A stretch of DNA of 64,000 nt from Candidatus Multivoradales bacterium. Its GTDB lineage: Bacteria; Acidobacteriota; Thermoanaerobaculia; Multivoradales; JAHEKO01. The stretch's first letter is position 1. Each line of letters begins with the position of its first letter. This document shows positions 63,293-64,000 of the stretch, piece after piece. The notes beneath the pieces are model-generated. The model was given only the letters and a program-made list of their open reading frames with translations. It had not been told where the DNA came from and did no database searches. The DNA is taken from contig CBDCVR010000015.1 in assembly GCA_965223155.1 (NCBI GenBank), forward strand, positions 672,001 to 736,000, written 5' to 3'. The position numbers and the translations under genes were made by a program.

Positions 63293-64000
63293 TCACGACC
63301 GATCCATGCGTCCCGCCAGACGCAAGACGTACCAAAACATCATGCCGATCGAGGCAAAGAGCGACAGGGCGGCGGCGACGTGGCGCCGGCTGCGATAGCG
63401 GCGCACGATGCCCGCGGTGTCGTAGAGGATCGAAGCTCCCGACAGAGCGATCATGCCGACGCTGAACCAGGTGCCCAGATGCCAGCCGAAGAGGATGGCG
63501 GCGACGATCAAGACAAGGGCCGAGAAGCCGCCCCAGATGAGAAACGGGCGCAGGAAGGAGAAGTCCCGGCGCGAGGTCCAGGCGATTCCAGTCAGACCGA
63601 GCGCGCCCAGGAGCGTCACTTGGGCGGCTTGCTCGATGAGCCCCGGCGCCAGCCGCTCGGCGCGGTAGAGAAGGGGCACGAAAATGGTTCCCTTGGCGAC
63701 GATGTAGAGCCCGAGGCCGGCGTACTGGCCGGCGGTCGAGCGTAGCCGCCACGCCATGCGGGAGGCGAGCCAGGCGATGACGAGAAACGCCGCCAGGATG
63801 AGTCCCCAGGGCACCTGGGCCATCGCCGCCGCCAGCCGCTCGGCCAGGCCGCTCCGAAAGAGCACGATCTCGTAGGCGACGAACACCATGATCGCGCCCA
63901 GGAGATGCACGTAGACCCGTCCGATGTATCGGCCGCGGCGACCCGAGCGTTGGCCCGATCGATGGGCCGCCCGGCGCTCTCTCCTGCGATCTACGGCTTC
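63293..64000 (-). CDS. Bax inhibitor-1/YccA family membrane protein (5' partial)
   Basis: Multiple TM segments, DFSFL, ILYDT; frame open to the window edge. Confidence 0.85.
   Translation of the reverse strand, partial: EAVDRRRERRAAHRSGQRSGRRGRYIGRVYVHLLGAIMVFVAYEIVLFRSGLAERLAAAMAQVPWGLILAAFLVIAWLASRMAWRLRSTAGQYAGLGLYIVAKGTIFVPLLYRAERLAPGLIEQAAQVTLLGALGLTGIAWTSRRDFSFLRPFLIWGGFSALVLIVAAILFGWHLGTWFSVGMIALSGASILYDTAGIVRRYRSRRHVAAALSLFASIGMMFWYVLRLAGRMDRS

Overview
High-GC bacterial chromosome segment; gene content (VWFA-related domain protein, TxPS-type sulfatase, CadC-TPR regulator, short SucA) suggests an Acidobacteriota-like host (inference). Backbone: sucA, tRNA-Gln/tRNA-Ser-gltX-glnS, tkt, two ppk2, ogt, purD-ricT-hfq-pdxA-serS-tRNA-Ser, trmH. 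Accessory parts: (1) a lower-GC island (~14.2-20.9 kb) with a short putative precursor peptide, a stand-alone aKG-HExxH-type enzyme and a methyltransferase, converging on an ABC importer operon (RiPP-like, no radical SAM); (2) an IS110/IS1111-type element (31848-33209) whose ends, CT core, target and bridge/seek-RNA guide loops can be read from the sequence, inserted in a ~90-bp palindromic repeat family whose copies flank an amber-interrupted subclass B1 metallo-beta-lactamase; (3) a class I benzoyl-CoA reductase operon with dch/oah/had, TetR and a divergent hemerythrin; (4) tandem integrase-less islands at tRNA-Ser(TGA) carrying two TA modules and an array of secreted DUF1579-like beta-barrel proteins. 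All calls are by eye from motifs; no searches or computations were run.
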